DNA from: Hyphomicrobiales bacterium
GTDB lineage: Bacteria > Pseudomonadota > Alphaproteobacteria > Rhizobiales > Kaistiaceae
Direction: 5' to 3'
DNA: 24,000 nt
Assembly (NCBI GenBank): GCA_038323025.1
Contig: JBBQGL010000028.1
Span: forward strand, 1 to 24,000
Shown: positions 9,888 to 18,400 of the stretch, one piece after another
How the letters are laid out: every line of letters starts with the position of its first letter
Position numbering within the stretch: the first letter of the stretch is position 1
Made by a program: the position numbers and the translations under genes
Notes under the pieces: model-generated
Told to the model about the DNA's origin: nothing
The model's input: only the letters and a program-made list of their open reading frames with translations
Databases searched by the model: none

Positions 9888-10979
9888 ATGACCGAATCCT
9901 ATGAATCGCTTCGCCGGCTTTTCTCAAGCGCCGGATATGGCTTCGTCGAGCCGGGGCTGCTGTTCGATGCGAGCGTCTTTGTCGACCTCGCCGGCGAGGA
10001 TTTGCGCCGGCGGCTTTTCCTGACCAGCGGCGCCGACGGGCGCGAATTGACGCTGAGGCCCGACTTCACCATCCCGGTCTGCCTGCAACATCTGGCAAGC
10101 GGCCCGGCGAAGCGGCGCGCCGACTACGCCTATCTCGGCCCGGTATTCCGCCAGCGCAAGGATGAGCCCGGCGAGTTCCTGCAGGCCGGCGTCGAGTCGC
10201 TCGGGCGGGCGGATCGCACCGCCGCCGATGCCGACATGCTCGGCCTGGCGCTTGCCGCCGTCGACACGCTGGGCGTGGCAAAACCGTCCGTGCGCATCGG
10301 CGACTCGGCGCTGTTCGCCGCCGTCCTCGAGGCGCTCGACCTGGTCGAGCCCTGGCGGCGGCGGCTCGCCCGCGCCTTCGGCGACACGGCGCGCCTGACC
10401 GCCCTCCTCGGTCGGCTCGCCTCGGGCGATGGCGGGCTCGCCGTGGAAGCGCCCGCGGGCCTTGGCCCCTCGTCCAGCCGTCCCGCCGTCCGCAAGATCG
10501 TTGCCGATATGCTCGCCCGCACCGGCCTTGCCACGGTCGGCGGGCGCTCGGCCGAGGAAATCGCGGAGCGCTTCGTCGAGAAGGCGGCGCTGGCGACCCG
10601 CAATGTCCGCGCGCCAAAAGTGCTCGGCCATTTCCTCAAGATAGCCGGCGAGCCGCGCAAGGCAGCTGCCGCGATCCGCAAGCTCGCCGCCGCCGACAAT
10701 CTCGACATCGGCAAGGCGATCGACCGCTTCGAGCGCCGCGCCGAGGGCTTCGCCGAGCGCGGCATCGACCTCGCGCGCGTCACCTTCGCCGCCGATTTCG
10801 GCCGCCGGCTCGACTACTACACCGGCTTCGTCTTCGAGATCCATGACCGCGCCGAGGCTCCGCAGATCGTCGGCGGCGGACGCTACGACCGCCTGCTCTC
10901 GCTCATCGGCGCGGGCGAAACCGTGCCGGCCATCGGCTTCTCCATCTGGCTCGACCGGATAGTCGGCGTTCGTCCATGA
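9888..10979 (+). CDS. hisZ: ATP phosphoribosyltransferase regulatory subunit HisZ (HisRS paralogue)
   Basis: MTESYESLRRLFSSAGYGFVEPGLLFDASVFVDLAGEDLRRRLF...LRPDFTIPVC...GGGRYDRLL is a HisRS-like catalytic core without an anticodon domain, placed between hisS and hisG. The start is ambiguous between ATG 9888 and GTG 9849. The GTG lies 4 nt after the purine-rich GGGGAGAGG end of element A. Confidence 0.85.
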   Translation: MTESYESLRRLFSSAGYGFVEPGLLFDASVFVDLAGEDLRRRLFLTSGADGRELTLRPDFTIPVCLQHLASGPAKRRADYAYLGPVFRQRKDEPGEFLQAGVESLGRADRTAADADMLGLALAAVDTLGVAKPSVRIGDSALFAAVLEALDLVEPWRRRLARAFGDTARLTALLGRLASGDGGLAVEAPAGLGPSSSRPAVRKIVADMLARTGLATVGGRSAEEIAERFVEKAALATRNVRAPKVLGHFLKIAGEPRKAAAAIRKLAAADNLDIGKAIDRFERRAEGFAERGIDLARVTFAADFGRRLDYYTGFVFEIHDRAEAPQIVGGGRYDRLLSLIGAGETVPAIGFSIWLDRIVGVRP

Positions 10980-10992
10980 TCACCGTCTGGAA

Positions 10993-11138
10993 CCCCCTCA
11001 CCCTGTCCCTCTCCCCTCCGGGGCGAGGGGACCCGTTTGGGCCGGTTCGCATAGCGGCCTGTCGATCTGGAGGCGGAGAGGGACGAATCTGCGTCCCCTC
11101 TCCCCGGAGGGGAGAGGGAGAGGGTGAGGGTGAGGGGG
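10993..11138. repeat. Nested-palindrome intergenic element (REP/MITE-like), element B
   Basis: The left arm CCCCCTCACCCTGTCCCTCTCCCCTCCGGGGCGAGGGGA (10993-11031) is the inverted complement of the right arm TCCCCTCTCCCCGGAGGGGAGAGGGAGAGGGTGAGGGTGAGGGGG (11094-11138), apart from one extra CACCCT unit and a few mismatches. Each arm also folds on itself, for example CCCTCTCCCC-GGA-GGGGAGAGGG. Confidence 0.7.
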
Positions 11139-11163
11139 TACCCGTCCGGATGGAAGAATCGCC

Positions 11164-11910
11164 ATGACCACCGCCCTTGTCATCGGCGTGCCGTCGAAGG
11201 GGCGGCTGCAGGAGGACAGCGCCGGCTTCTTCGCCAACGCCGGGCTGAGGCTCGAGCAGGCGGGCAGCGCGCGCAGCTATCGCGGCCGCATCGCCGGGCT
11301 CGCCCAGGTCGAGATCGCCTATCTTTCCGCGCCGGAGATCGCGCGCGAGATCGCCGCCGGCGCGGTTCATCTCGGCATCACCGGGCGCGACCAGGTCGAG
11401 GAGACGATTCCCGACTGGAAGAGCCGCGCCGAGTTCGTGCTGCCGCTCGGCTTCGGGCGCTGCGATGTCGTGGTCGCCGTGCCCGAGGCATGGATCGACG
11501 TCGCCGGCATGGAGGATCTCGACGACGTCGCCGGGGCGTTCCGCCCGCGTCACGGACGCCGGCTGACCGTCGCCACCAAGTACATCAACCTGACGCGCAA
11601 TTTCTTTGCCGGCCACGGCATCGCCGACTACCGCATCGTGGAAAGCCTCGGCGCCACCGAGGGTGCACCGGCCGCCGGCGCCGCCGACATCATCGTCGAC
11701 ATCACGACCACCGGTTCGACGCTGAAGGCCAACGGGCTGAAGATACTCGCCGACGGCCTCATCCTCCGTTCGGAAGCGCACCTGGTGGCCAGCCTCACCG
11801 CTACATGGGGGAAGACCGCGCGCGCCGCACTCGATGCCCTGCTCGCCCGATTGCCGGTTACGGCTGCCGCGGGTGGGCGGCTTGCGGCGAAGCTGGACCA
11901 GCGTGACTGA
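11164..11910 (+). CDS. hisG: ATP phosphoribosyltransferase catalytic subunit (short form, HisZ-dependent)
   Basis: 248 aa. The sequence shows [24 protein letters not shown]..., [26 protein letters not shown] and [20 protein letters not shown]. It has short-form length and follows hisZ directly. Confidence 0.9.
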   Translation: MTTALVIGVPSKGRLQEDSAGFFANAGLRLEQAGSARSYRGRIAGLAQVEIAYLSAPEIAREIAAGAVHLGITGRDQVEETIPDWKSRAEFVLPLGFGRCDVVVAVPEAWIDVAGMEDLDDVAGAFRPRHGRRLTVATKYINLTRNFFAGHGIADYRIVESLGATEGAPAAGAADIIVDITTTGSTLKANGLKILADGLILRSEAHLVASLTATWGKTARAALDALLARLPVTAAAGGRLAAKLDQRD

Positions 11911-11914
11911 GCCT

Positions 11915-12090
11915 GTGCGTGGTTCGAGGCGCGCCGCTTATGGCGGCGCGCACCTCACCATGGCGGGGTCTGGAGTGCTTTGAGGGGTGGAGTTCCCTGA
12001 GAAGCTGAGGCGACTCGTCATCACGCCGTAGACGCAACGCACCCCTGGCCATGGTGAGGTGCCCGCGAAGCGGGCCTCGAACCACGCGCG
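11915..12090. repeat. About 175-bp long-range inverted-repeat element between convergent hisG and tag, element C
   Basis: GCGTGGTTCGAGG (11917-11929) pairs with CCTCGAACCACGC (12075-12087). CACCTCACCATGG (11951-11963) pairs with CCATGGTGAGGTG (12049-12061). Each arm carries its own small hairpin between these blocks: GCGCCGC-TTATG-GCGGCGC and CCCGC-GAA-GCGGG. Confidence 0.6.
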
Positions 12091-12110
12091 AACGAAACGA
12101 GGGCTCAGCC

Positions 12111-12740
12111 CTACCCCGGCCGCTTGAAGGCGTTGCGCAGCTTCTCCACCTGCGGTCGGCAGAAGCACCCCTCGATGTGGTCGTTGACGAGGCCGACGCC
12201 CTGCATGAAGGCGTACATCGTCGTCGGCCCGACGAAGCTCCACCCGCGCGCCTTCAGCGCCTTCGACAGCGCCACTGACTCGGGCGTGGTGTTCATGGCG
12301 CGGAGCGCCTGCCAGTCGAGGCGCTTCGACCGGCTCTTCGGATCGGGCTCGTAGCGCCAGACGAACGCCGCCAGCGATCCGGCCTCCGAGACCAGGTCGA
12401 CCGCCCGGCGGGCGTTGTTGATGGTCGATTCGATCTTGCCGCGATGCCGCACGATGCCGGCGTCGCCAAGCAGGCGCGCGACATCCTTTTCGCCGAAGCG
12501 GGAGACGCGGTGAAAGTCGAAGCCGGCGAACCCGGCGCGGAAATTCTGGCGCTTGCGCAAGATCGTCAGCCAGGACAGCCCCGACTGGAAGCCCTCGAGG
12601 CAGATCTTCTCGAACAGACGGGTGTCGTCGCTGACCGGCCTGCCCCATTCGCCATCGTGGTAGGCGGTGTAGTCGTCGCGCCCGCCGTGCCAGGCGCACC
12701 GGCTCCTGCCGTCCTCCCCGGTGATCAATCCTTCCGGCAT
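12111..12740 (-). CDS. tag: DNA-3-methyladenine glycosylase I
   Basis: From Met91 of the listed ORF: MPEGLITGEDGRSRCAWHGGRDDYTAYHDGEWGRPVSDDTRLFEKICLEGFQSGLSWLTILRKRQNFR...GIVRHRGKIESTINNAR...VGPTTMYAFMQGVGLVNDHIEGCFC. This is collinear with E. coli Tag, including the Zn-ligand Cys/His positions. The 90-aa upstream extension was rejected. Confidence 0.9.
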   Translation of the reverse strand: MPEGLITGEDGRSRCAWHGGRDDYTAYHDGEWGRPVSDDTRLFEKICLEGFQSGLSWLTILRKRQNFRAGFAGFDFHRVSRFGEKDVARLLGDAGIVRHRGKIESTINNARRAVDLVSEAGSLAAFVWRYEPDPKSRSKRLDWQALRAMNTTPESVALSKALKARGWSFVGPTTMYAFMQGVGLVNDHIEGCFCRPQVEKLRNAFKRPG

Positions 12741-12913
12741 ACGCCGAAGCCCCCGTTTCCTTGAAAGGATCTGTTTACCACGTTCGGAGTCGCAAGCCCC
12801 GGTGAGGAAGGATTCACCATTCGGTGGGATTTCACCGGCACACTGCCTGGACAGCAAGTCGCCCGCGGCGGGAACGCCGTGACCCATCAGCGCATGTGCC
12901 CCCGAGCGTGTCC

Positions 12914-13579
12914 ATGAAACGATTCCTCCTGACTGCTGCCCTCCTCGGATTCGCCGCCGCCGCGGTGCCGGCCAATGCCAGCGGCTTCGTCGTGCCGCGC
13001 CCCCCGGCAACCCTCAGCCCCGACCTGACCGGGCCGTGGGTCCTGCAGCTCCATCCGGGCAAGCATCCCTATCTCGCCGATCCGGTCGCGCGCCACGCCT
13101 CCTTTGCCCGGCCCGCCGCGGGCGTGCGCGGCGTCGATCCGGCCTATTTGCCGCGGGTCGTCACCTACACCGGCCATGAACGCCCGGGCACGATCGTCAT
13201 CGATACCGAGGCGCGTTTCCTCTACCTCGTCCTCGCGGACGGGAGCGCGCGCCGCTATGGCGTCGGCGTCGGCCGGCCCGGATTCGAGTGGGCGGGCGTG
13301 CACACCATCACCCGCAAGGCGGAGTGGCCGACGTGGACGCCACCGCCGGAGATGGTCAAGCGCCAGCCGTGGCTACCGGCCTCGATGAAGGGCGGCCCGG
13401 CCAATCCGCTCGGCGCCCGCGCCATGTATCTCGGCGACACCGACTACCGCATCCACGGCTCCAACGAACCCTGGACCATCGGCCACGCCGTCTCCTCGGG
13501 CTGTATCCGCATGCGGAACGAGGACGTCATCGATCTCTACAACCGGGTGAAGATCGGCACGCGCGTCGTCGTCATCTGA
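12914..13579 (+). CDS. L,D-transpeptidase (YkuD/ErfK domain), secreted
   Basis: From the internal ATG at 12914: signal peptide MKRFLLTAALLGFAAAAVPANA, then the YkuD catalytic motif YRIHGSNEPWTIGHAVSSGCIRMRNEDV. Confidence 0.85.
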   Translation: MKRFLLTAALLGFAAAAVPANASGFVVPRPPATLSPDLTGPWVLQLHPGKHPYLADPVARHASFARPAAGVRGVDPAYLPRVVTYTGHERPGTIVIDTEARFLYLVLADGSARRYGVGVGRPGFEWAGVHTITRKAEWPTWTPPPEMVKRQPWLPASMKGGPANPLGARAMYLGDTDYRIHGSNEPWTIGHAVSSGCIRMRNEDVIDLYNRVKIGTRVVVI

Positions 13580-13797
13580 CCATTTGTCACACGCCCGGCG
13601 ACGGGCGGGGGGAGCGCGGCGCGGGGGCGCCGCTGGGGAGCCGCCCGCGAACACGGGTGGCTCCTCAACCGTTCGTGACCGGCTGGAGCATTGCCGTCCG
13701 CCGCCGCGCTCCGTATCGTCAAATTCCGGCCGGTGGGTGCGTCCTGCGAGAAGCGGCGATCCCGGGCCGGACCAAACGGAAATCTGGAGCGGTGACG

Positions 13798-14448
13798 ATG
13801 AGGCTGGGTTGCGTGAGTGTTGCGGCGGCGCTGATCGCTAGCATGGCGATCGCGGCCGGGCCGGCGGCGGCGGGTGTATTCCTCGATTCGATCAAGAGCG
13901 ACCTGCAGGAGCTTGGCTCCACCGGGGCCGATGCCGCCGCGACGGCCGAGACGACCAAGGTCGCCCTGCCCGGCCCGGGCCTTGCCAAGTTCCGCCGCCA
14001 GACCGTGAAATACGCGACGAGCGAGAGCCCCGGCACGATCGTCATCGATACGGAAGCCAAGTTCCTCTACTACGTCCTCCCCGGCGGCAAGGCGATCCGG
14101 TATGGGGTCGGCGTCGGCAAGGAGGGCTTCGGCTGGCGCGGCGTCGTCCACGTCGGCCGGAAAGAAATGTGGCCCGCCTGGACGCCGCCTAAGGAGATGA
14201 TCGCCCGCGAGCGGCAGCGCGGCCATATCCTTCCCGACCATGTCGACGGCGGCCCGCAAAGCCCGCTCGGCGCGCGGGCGATGTACCTTTTCGACGGATT
14301 CTTCGACAACGGCTACCGCATCCACGGTACCACGCAGCCGGCGTCCATCGGCCACAACGTGTCGTCGGGCTGTATCCGCCTGGTCAATGCCGACGTCATC
14401 GACCTCTATAACCGCACGCCGGTCGGCACCAAGGTGATCGTGAAGTAG
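13798..14448 (+). CDS. L,D-transpeptidase (YkuD/ErfK domain), secreted paralogue
   Basis: From ATG 13798, with GGAG 8 nt upstream: signal peptide MRLGCVSVAAALIASMAIAAGPAAA, then the catalytic motif YRIHGTTQPASIGHNVSSGCIRLVNADV. It is collinear with the upstream paralogue (GTIVIDTEA.FLY.VL..G.A.RYGVGVG..GF.W.G). The first 170 codons of the listed ORF overlap the upstream gene out of frame and were rejected. Confidence 0.85.
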   Translation: MRLGCVSVAAALIASMAIAAGPAAAGVFLDSIKSDLQELGSTGADAAATAETTKVALPGPGLAKFRRQTVKYATSESPGTIVIDTEAKFLYYVLPGGKAIRYGVGVGKEGFGWRGVVHVGRKEMWPAWTPPKEMIARERQRGHILPDHVDGGPQSPLGARAMYLFDGFFDNGYRIHGTTQPASIGHNVSSGCIRLVNADVIDLYNRTPVGTKVIVK

Positions 14449-14573
14449 GCGCGCGGGTTCCATCGCACGCCTCCGGGGTGTACACCGCTGCCGGCCGGGA
14501 CCGGGCGGCTACCCTGACGCCGCCCCGTTCCGCCCCTGTCCCTCTTGTTTCCCGGCCGCCGCCACACCCGCCC

Positions 14574-16058
14574 ATGAACCCGCCCATCCCTCCGCAAGCC
14601 TTCCGCCTCGCCCATTCCCAGATCCGCACGATCCTGTTCGGGGTCGTGCTCGCCATGCTGCTCGGGGCTCTCGACCAGACGATCGTGGCGACCGCCCTGC
14701 CGACCATCGGGCGCGAACTCAACGACGTCCAGAGCCTGTCGTGGGTAGTGACCGCCTACCTGCTCTCGGCGACCGCCGTGACCCCGCTCTACGGCAAGCT
14801 CAGCGACGTCCACGGACGGCGTACGATGCTGCTCATCGCCATCGGAATTTTCCTCGTCGGGTCGGTGGTCTGCGGCCTGTCGAAGAACATCTACCTGCTG
14901 ATCGCGGCGCGGGCGCTCCAGGGCGTCGGCGGCGGCGGCCTCATCTCGCTTGGCCAGACCATCATCGGCGACGTCATCCCGCCGCGCGAGCGCGGCAAGT
15001 ACCAAGCCTATTTCGCGGCGGTATTCGTGACCGCCAGCATCGCCGGGCCGGTGCTGGGCGGTGTTTTCGCGGAGCACCTGCACTGGTCGTTCATCTTCTG
15101 GATCAACCTGCCGCTCGGCGCCGCCGCCTACGCCATGACCAACCGGGTGCTGAAGCTGCTGCCGCGCCACGACCGCAAGCACAGGATAGACGTGATCGGT
15201 GCGCTCCTCATGGTGGTGGCGACCGTTTCGCTGCTCCTCGCGCTCACCTGGGGCGGCAACACCTATGCCTGGGATTCCCCGGCCATCATCGGGATCTTCG
15301 CCGTCAGCGCCGTCGCATGGGCGTTCTTCGCGGTCCGCCTCGCCCGGGCGCCCGAGCCGTTCATTCCGCTCAGCGTGCTGGGCCACCCGGTGGTGCGGAA
15401 CGGCGTCATCGCCACGTCCTTTGCCGTCGGCTCGCTGACCGGGCTGACCGTTTTCGTGCCGCTCTATTTCGAGGCGGTGATCGGCCTCACGGCCGGCCAG
15501 TCGGGACTGGCACTGATCGCCTTCGTCGGCGGGGCGGTGGCGGGCGCGAGCATCGCCGGCCGCATCATGGTGCATTACACGCACTACAAGCGCTCGGCGG
15601 TCGTCGGGCTTGCGGTCGGCACGGCGGCGATCGCCATGCTCGCCCTGTGGCCGACCGGGCTTTCGTTTACCTGGGTGGAGATCATCCTGGCCGTGGCCGG
15701 CATCGGCTGCGGCACGATCTATCCGATCACCACCACCTCCGTTCAGAACGCCGTGCCGCTGCACCAGCTCGGCACGGTCACCGGCGTCCTCAACTTCTTC
15801 CGGTCGCTCGGCGGCGCCATCCTGGTCGCGGTCTTCGGCACGATCTTCCTCGCCGCTGCCGCCTCCAGCCCGGGCATGTCGGTCGAGACGATCATTGCCG
15901 AAGGCACGCGGGCCGGTACCGATTTCGGTCCGGTGTTCCGCGGCGTTTTCCTCGCTGCGGCGATCGCCAACTCCATAGCCCTGGTCTACATCACGCTGAT
16001 GGAGGAGCTGCCGCTCCGCGGCCACCAGCACCCGGCGCCGGCGGCCGAAGGGGCATGA
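14574..16058 (+). CDS. MFS transporter, DHA2 (EmrB/QacA-like, 14-TMS) family
   Basis: LDQTIVATALPTIGRELN, LYGKLSDVHGRRTMLL and WRWIFWINLP-like FIFWINLPLG are DHA2-family motifs. The length is about 494 aa from ATG 14574, with many hydrophobic segments. The listed GTG start at 14478 adds a Pro-rich extension. Confidence 0.85.
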   Translation: MNPPIPPQAFRLAHSQIRTILFGVVLAMLLGALDQTIVATALPTIGRELNDVQSLSWVVTAYLLSATAVTPLYGKLSDVHGRRTMLLIAIGIFLVGSVVCGLSKNIYLLIAARALQGVGGGGLISLGQTIIGDVIPPRERGKYQAYFAAVFVTASIAGPVLGGVFAEHLHWSFIFWINLPLGAAAYAMTNRVLKLLPRHDRKHRIDVIGALLMVVATVSLLLALTWGGNTYAWDSPAIIGIFAVSAVAWAFFAVRLARAPEPFIPLSVLGHPVVRNGVIATSFAVGSLTGLTVFVPLYFEAVIGLTAGQSGLALIAFVGGAVAGASIAGRIMVHYTHYKRSAVVGLAVGTAAIAMLALWPTGLSFTWVEIILAVAGIGCGTIYPITTTSVQNAVPLHQLGTVTGVLNFFRSLGGAILVAVFGTIFLAAAASSPGMSVETIIAEGTRAGTDFGPVFRGVFLAAAIANSIALVYITLMEELPLRGHQHPAPAAEGA

Positions 16059-16059
16059 G

Positions 16060-17676
16060 CTAAACGATCAGCCGGTAGGCCGGCAGAGTCAGGAAGGCTA
16101 CCAGCGTATCGGCGGTGGAGAGGGTGCGGAACAGCTCGATCGCCTGGGGGAATTTTCCGCCCGCATAGGCCTTCTCGCCGATCTCGCCCTTGACCCGCTC
16201 CATCTCCTCGCCGAGGCACTTTTCGAACAGCGCCTTCGTCGCCTTGATGCCGCCTTCGAGGTTCGCCTCGAAGTGCAACTGCTGCCAGATCTGCGAGCGG
16301 CTGATTTCGGCGGTCGCGGCATCTTCCATGAGGTTGTAGAGCGGCACGGCGCCGCGGCCGCGCAGCCACGCCTCGATGTACTGGACGCCGACCCGGATGT
16401 TCTCGCGCAGGCCCGCCTCGGTCCGAGTACCCTGGTGGACTTCCAGCAAATCCTTTTGCGCGGCAGTCACATCCTCGCGTTTCTTCTCAAGTTGATTCGG
16501 CCCCGGCATCAGCGCGTCGAAGATTTCCTTCGCCACCGGGACGAGGTCGGGATGGGCCACCCAGGTGCCGTCGTGGCCGGCCCTGGCCTCGCGCTCCTTG
16601 TCGGCGCGCACCTTGGCGAAGGCGGCCTCGTTGACCGCCGGATTCTTGCGGTCGGGGATTTGCGCCGCCATGCCGCCCATGGCGAAGGCGCCGCGGCGAT
16701 GGCAGGTCTTGATGAGCAATTCCGAATAGGCCTTCAGGAAGGCCTTGCCCATGACCACCTGGCCGCGGTCGGGCAGGAGAAATTCCGGCTTGTTGCGCAG
16801 CGTCTTGATGAACGAGAAGATGTAGTCCCAGCGCCCGCAATTGAGCCCCGCCATGTGGTCGCGCAGCTCGTAGATGATCTCGTCCATCTCGAAAGCGGCG
16901 GGCAGCGTCTCGATGAGCACCGTCGCCTTGATGGCGCCGTTCCGGATGCCGACGACGTGCTCGGCCTCGCTGAACACCTCGTTCCATAATCGCGCCTCGA
17001 GGTGGCTCTCCATCTTCGGCAGGTAGAAATACGGGCCGCTTCCACGCTCCAGCGCCGTGCGCGCATTGAGGAAGAAGTAGAGGCCGAAATCGAAGAGTGC
17101 ACCCGACATCGGCTGGCCGTCGATGACCAGGTGCTCCTCGGGGAGGTGCCAACCGCGCGGGCGCACCAGAAGGACGGCGGGGTTGGGCGAGAGACGGTAA
17201 GCCTTGCCGGTCGTTTCGTCGGTGAAATCGATCTTCCCCGCCCAGCGGTCCTTGAGGTTGATCTGCCCCTCGATCTGGTTCGCCCATGTCGGCGAAGTGG
17301 CGTCCTCGAAATCGGCCATGAAGACCCGGGCGCCGGAATTGAGCGCGTTGACGATCATCTTGCGGTCGACCGGGCCGGTGATCTCGACACGGCGGTCAAG
17401 GAGATCGGCGGGTATCCGCGCCACTTCCCAATCGGCCTCGCGGATGTGCCTGGTCTCGGGAAGGAAATCGGGAAGGTCGCCGGCGTCGAAACGCTGCTGG
17501 CGCTCGTCGCGGCGCTTGAGCAAGCGCAGGCGGGAGGGATTGAACTTCCGGTGCAGGGCGGCCAGGAAGGCGAGCGTGCCGCCGTTCAGGATTTCCTCGT
17601 AACGCGGTCCCCAGGCACCCCTGATTTCCACGCCCGCGACATTCGGCTTCAGTTCGGCGACGGCCATCTCTGTCAT
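16060..17676 (-). CDS. aceB: Malate synthase A
   Basis: 538 aa. LLDRRVEITGPVDRKMIVNALNSGARVFMADFEDATSPTWANQIEGQINL, GLNCGRWDYIFSFIK and the A-type length support the call. The real start may be the second ATG at 17667, because GGGAGA abuts the first ATG at 17676. Confidence 0.9.
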   Translation of the reverse strand: MTEMAVAELKPNVAGVEIRGAWGPRYEEILNGGTLAFLAALHRKFNPSRLRLLKRRDERQQRFDAGDLPDFLPETRHIREADWEVARIPADLLDRRVEITGPVDRKMIVNALNSGARVFMADFEDATSPTWANQIEGQINLKDRWAGKIDFTDETTGKAYRLSPNPAVLLVRPRGWHLPEEHLVIDGQPMSGALFDFGLYFFLNARTALERGSGPYFYLPKMESHLEARLWNEVFSEAEHVVGIRNGAIKATVLIETLPAAFEMDEIIYELRDHMAGLNCGRWDYIFSFIKTLRNKPEFLLPDRGQVVMGKAFLKAYSELLIKTCHRRGAFAMGGMAAQIPDRKNPAVNEAAFAKVRADKEREARAGHDGTWVAHPDLVPVAKEIFDALMPGPNQLEKKREDVTAAQKDLLEVHQGTRTEAGLRENIRVGVQYIEAWLRGRGAVPLYNLMEDAATAEISRSQIWQQLHFEANLEGGIKATKALFEKCLGEEMERVKGEIGEKAYAGGKFPQAIELFRTLSTADTLVAFLTLPAYRLIV

Positions 17677-17733
17677 TCTCCCGCTTGCAGAAAGCCATCT
17701 ATGGCACAGGCGGGCCCGTAACTGAACGGCCGG

Positions 17734-18381
17734 TCAGGTGCGGCCGGAGCGCGCGCCGATGACGATCTCGCGCAGTTCGCGCGCCGCCGCGGCCGGATCG
17801 GGCGCCGCGCAGATGGCGGAGACCACGGCCACTCCCGCTGCACCGGCCTCCACCGCCTCGGCGGCGTTGCCGGCGTGCAATCCGCCGATCGCCACAATCG
17901 GCATTCGCGTCCTTGCCGCGATTGCGCGGAGGCCCCCGATTGCCATGGCGGGTGCAGCATCGATCTTGGTCGGCGTCGGATAAATCGGCCCGACGCCGAG
18001 ATAGTCGACACCCGTCAGATCGGAACCTTCAAGGTCATCCTCGGAAGTTATGGACAGCCCGAGAATCCGGTCCGGCCCGATCAGGCGACGGGCGTCGGCC
18101 GGACTCATGTCGGACTGGCCGACGTGGACGCCATCGGCGCCGACGGCGAGGGCCACGTCGACGCGATCGTTGACGACGAAAGGCACGCCGGCCGAGCGGG
18201 CAATGGCCGCGAGCCCGCGTGCCTCATCCACCAGTGCGCGGGTTTTCGCGTTTGGATCGCGCAACTGCACCATGCTGGCGCCGCCGGCAATCGCCTCGCG
18301 CACCGTGGCACGAATGCCGCGGATGCCGCACAGCACCGGATCGGTGATCAGGTAGACCGCAAGGTCGAACCGCGGTCGCAT
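17734..18381 (-). CDS. thiE: Thiamine-phosphate synthase
   Basis: From Met77 of the listed ORF: MRPRFDLAVYLITDPVLCG...ASMVQLRDPNA...FVVNDRVDVALAVGADGVHVGQSD...YLGVGPIYPTPTK...PIVAIGG. This is the typical ThiE pattern. The Arg/Pro-rich extension overlaps thiM and was rejected. Confidence 0.9.
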   Translation of the reverse strand: MRPRFDLAVYLITDPVLCGIRGIRATVREAIAGGASMVQLRDPNAKTRALVDEARGLAAIARSAGVPFVVNDRVDVALAVGADGVHVGQSDMSPADARRLIGPDRILGLSITSEDDLEGSDLTGVDYLGVGPIYPTPTKIDAAPAMAIGGLRAIAARTRMPIVAIGGLHAGNAAEAVEAGAAGVAVVSAICAAPDPAAAARELREIVIGARSGRT

Positions 18382-18400
18382 GGGCAAACCCTGCTCCCGT

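Noticed and set aside
9148-9927. 259-aa minus-strand ORF, plus ORFs 9516-9887 minus and 9532-9891 plus, across the hisS 3' end and the hisS-hisZ spacer
   Set aside because: They read through the palindromic repeat (the SPLEGE and PLKGGD type peptides are repeat translations) and run antisense to hisS. They have no RBS or domain.
10976-11237. 63-aa and 79-aa ORFs in the hisZ-hisG spacer
   Set aside because: They are translations of repeat element B (GEGEGEG and PHPHPLPLP low complexity), not genes.
11858-12278. 75-aa ORFs on both strands in the hisG-tag spacer
   Set aside because: They are translations of the two arms of the inverted repeat. They have no RBS, and the mirrored peptides are a repeat artefact.
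14406-16063. 541-aa minus-strand and 440-aa plus-strand ORFs overlapping the MFS transporter gene
   Set aside because: These are Arg/Gly/Asp-rich alternative frames. The MFS frame shows DHA2 motifs and repeated hydrophobic segments.
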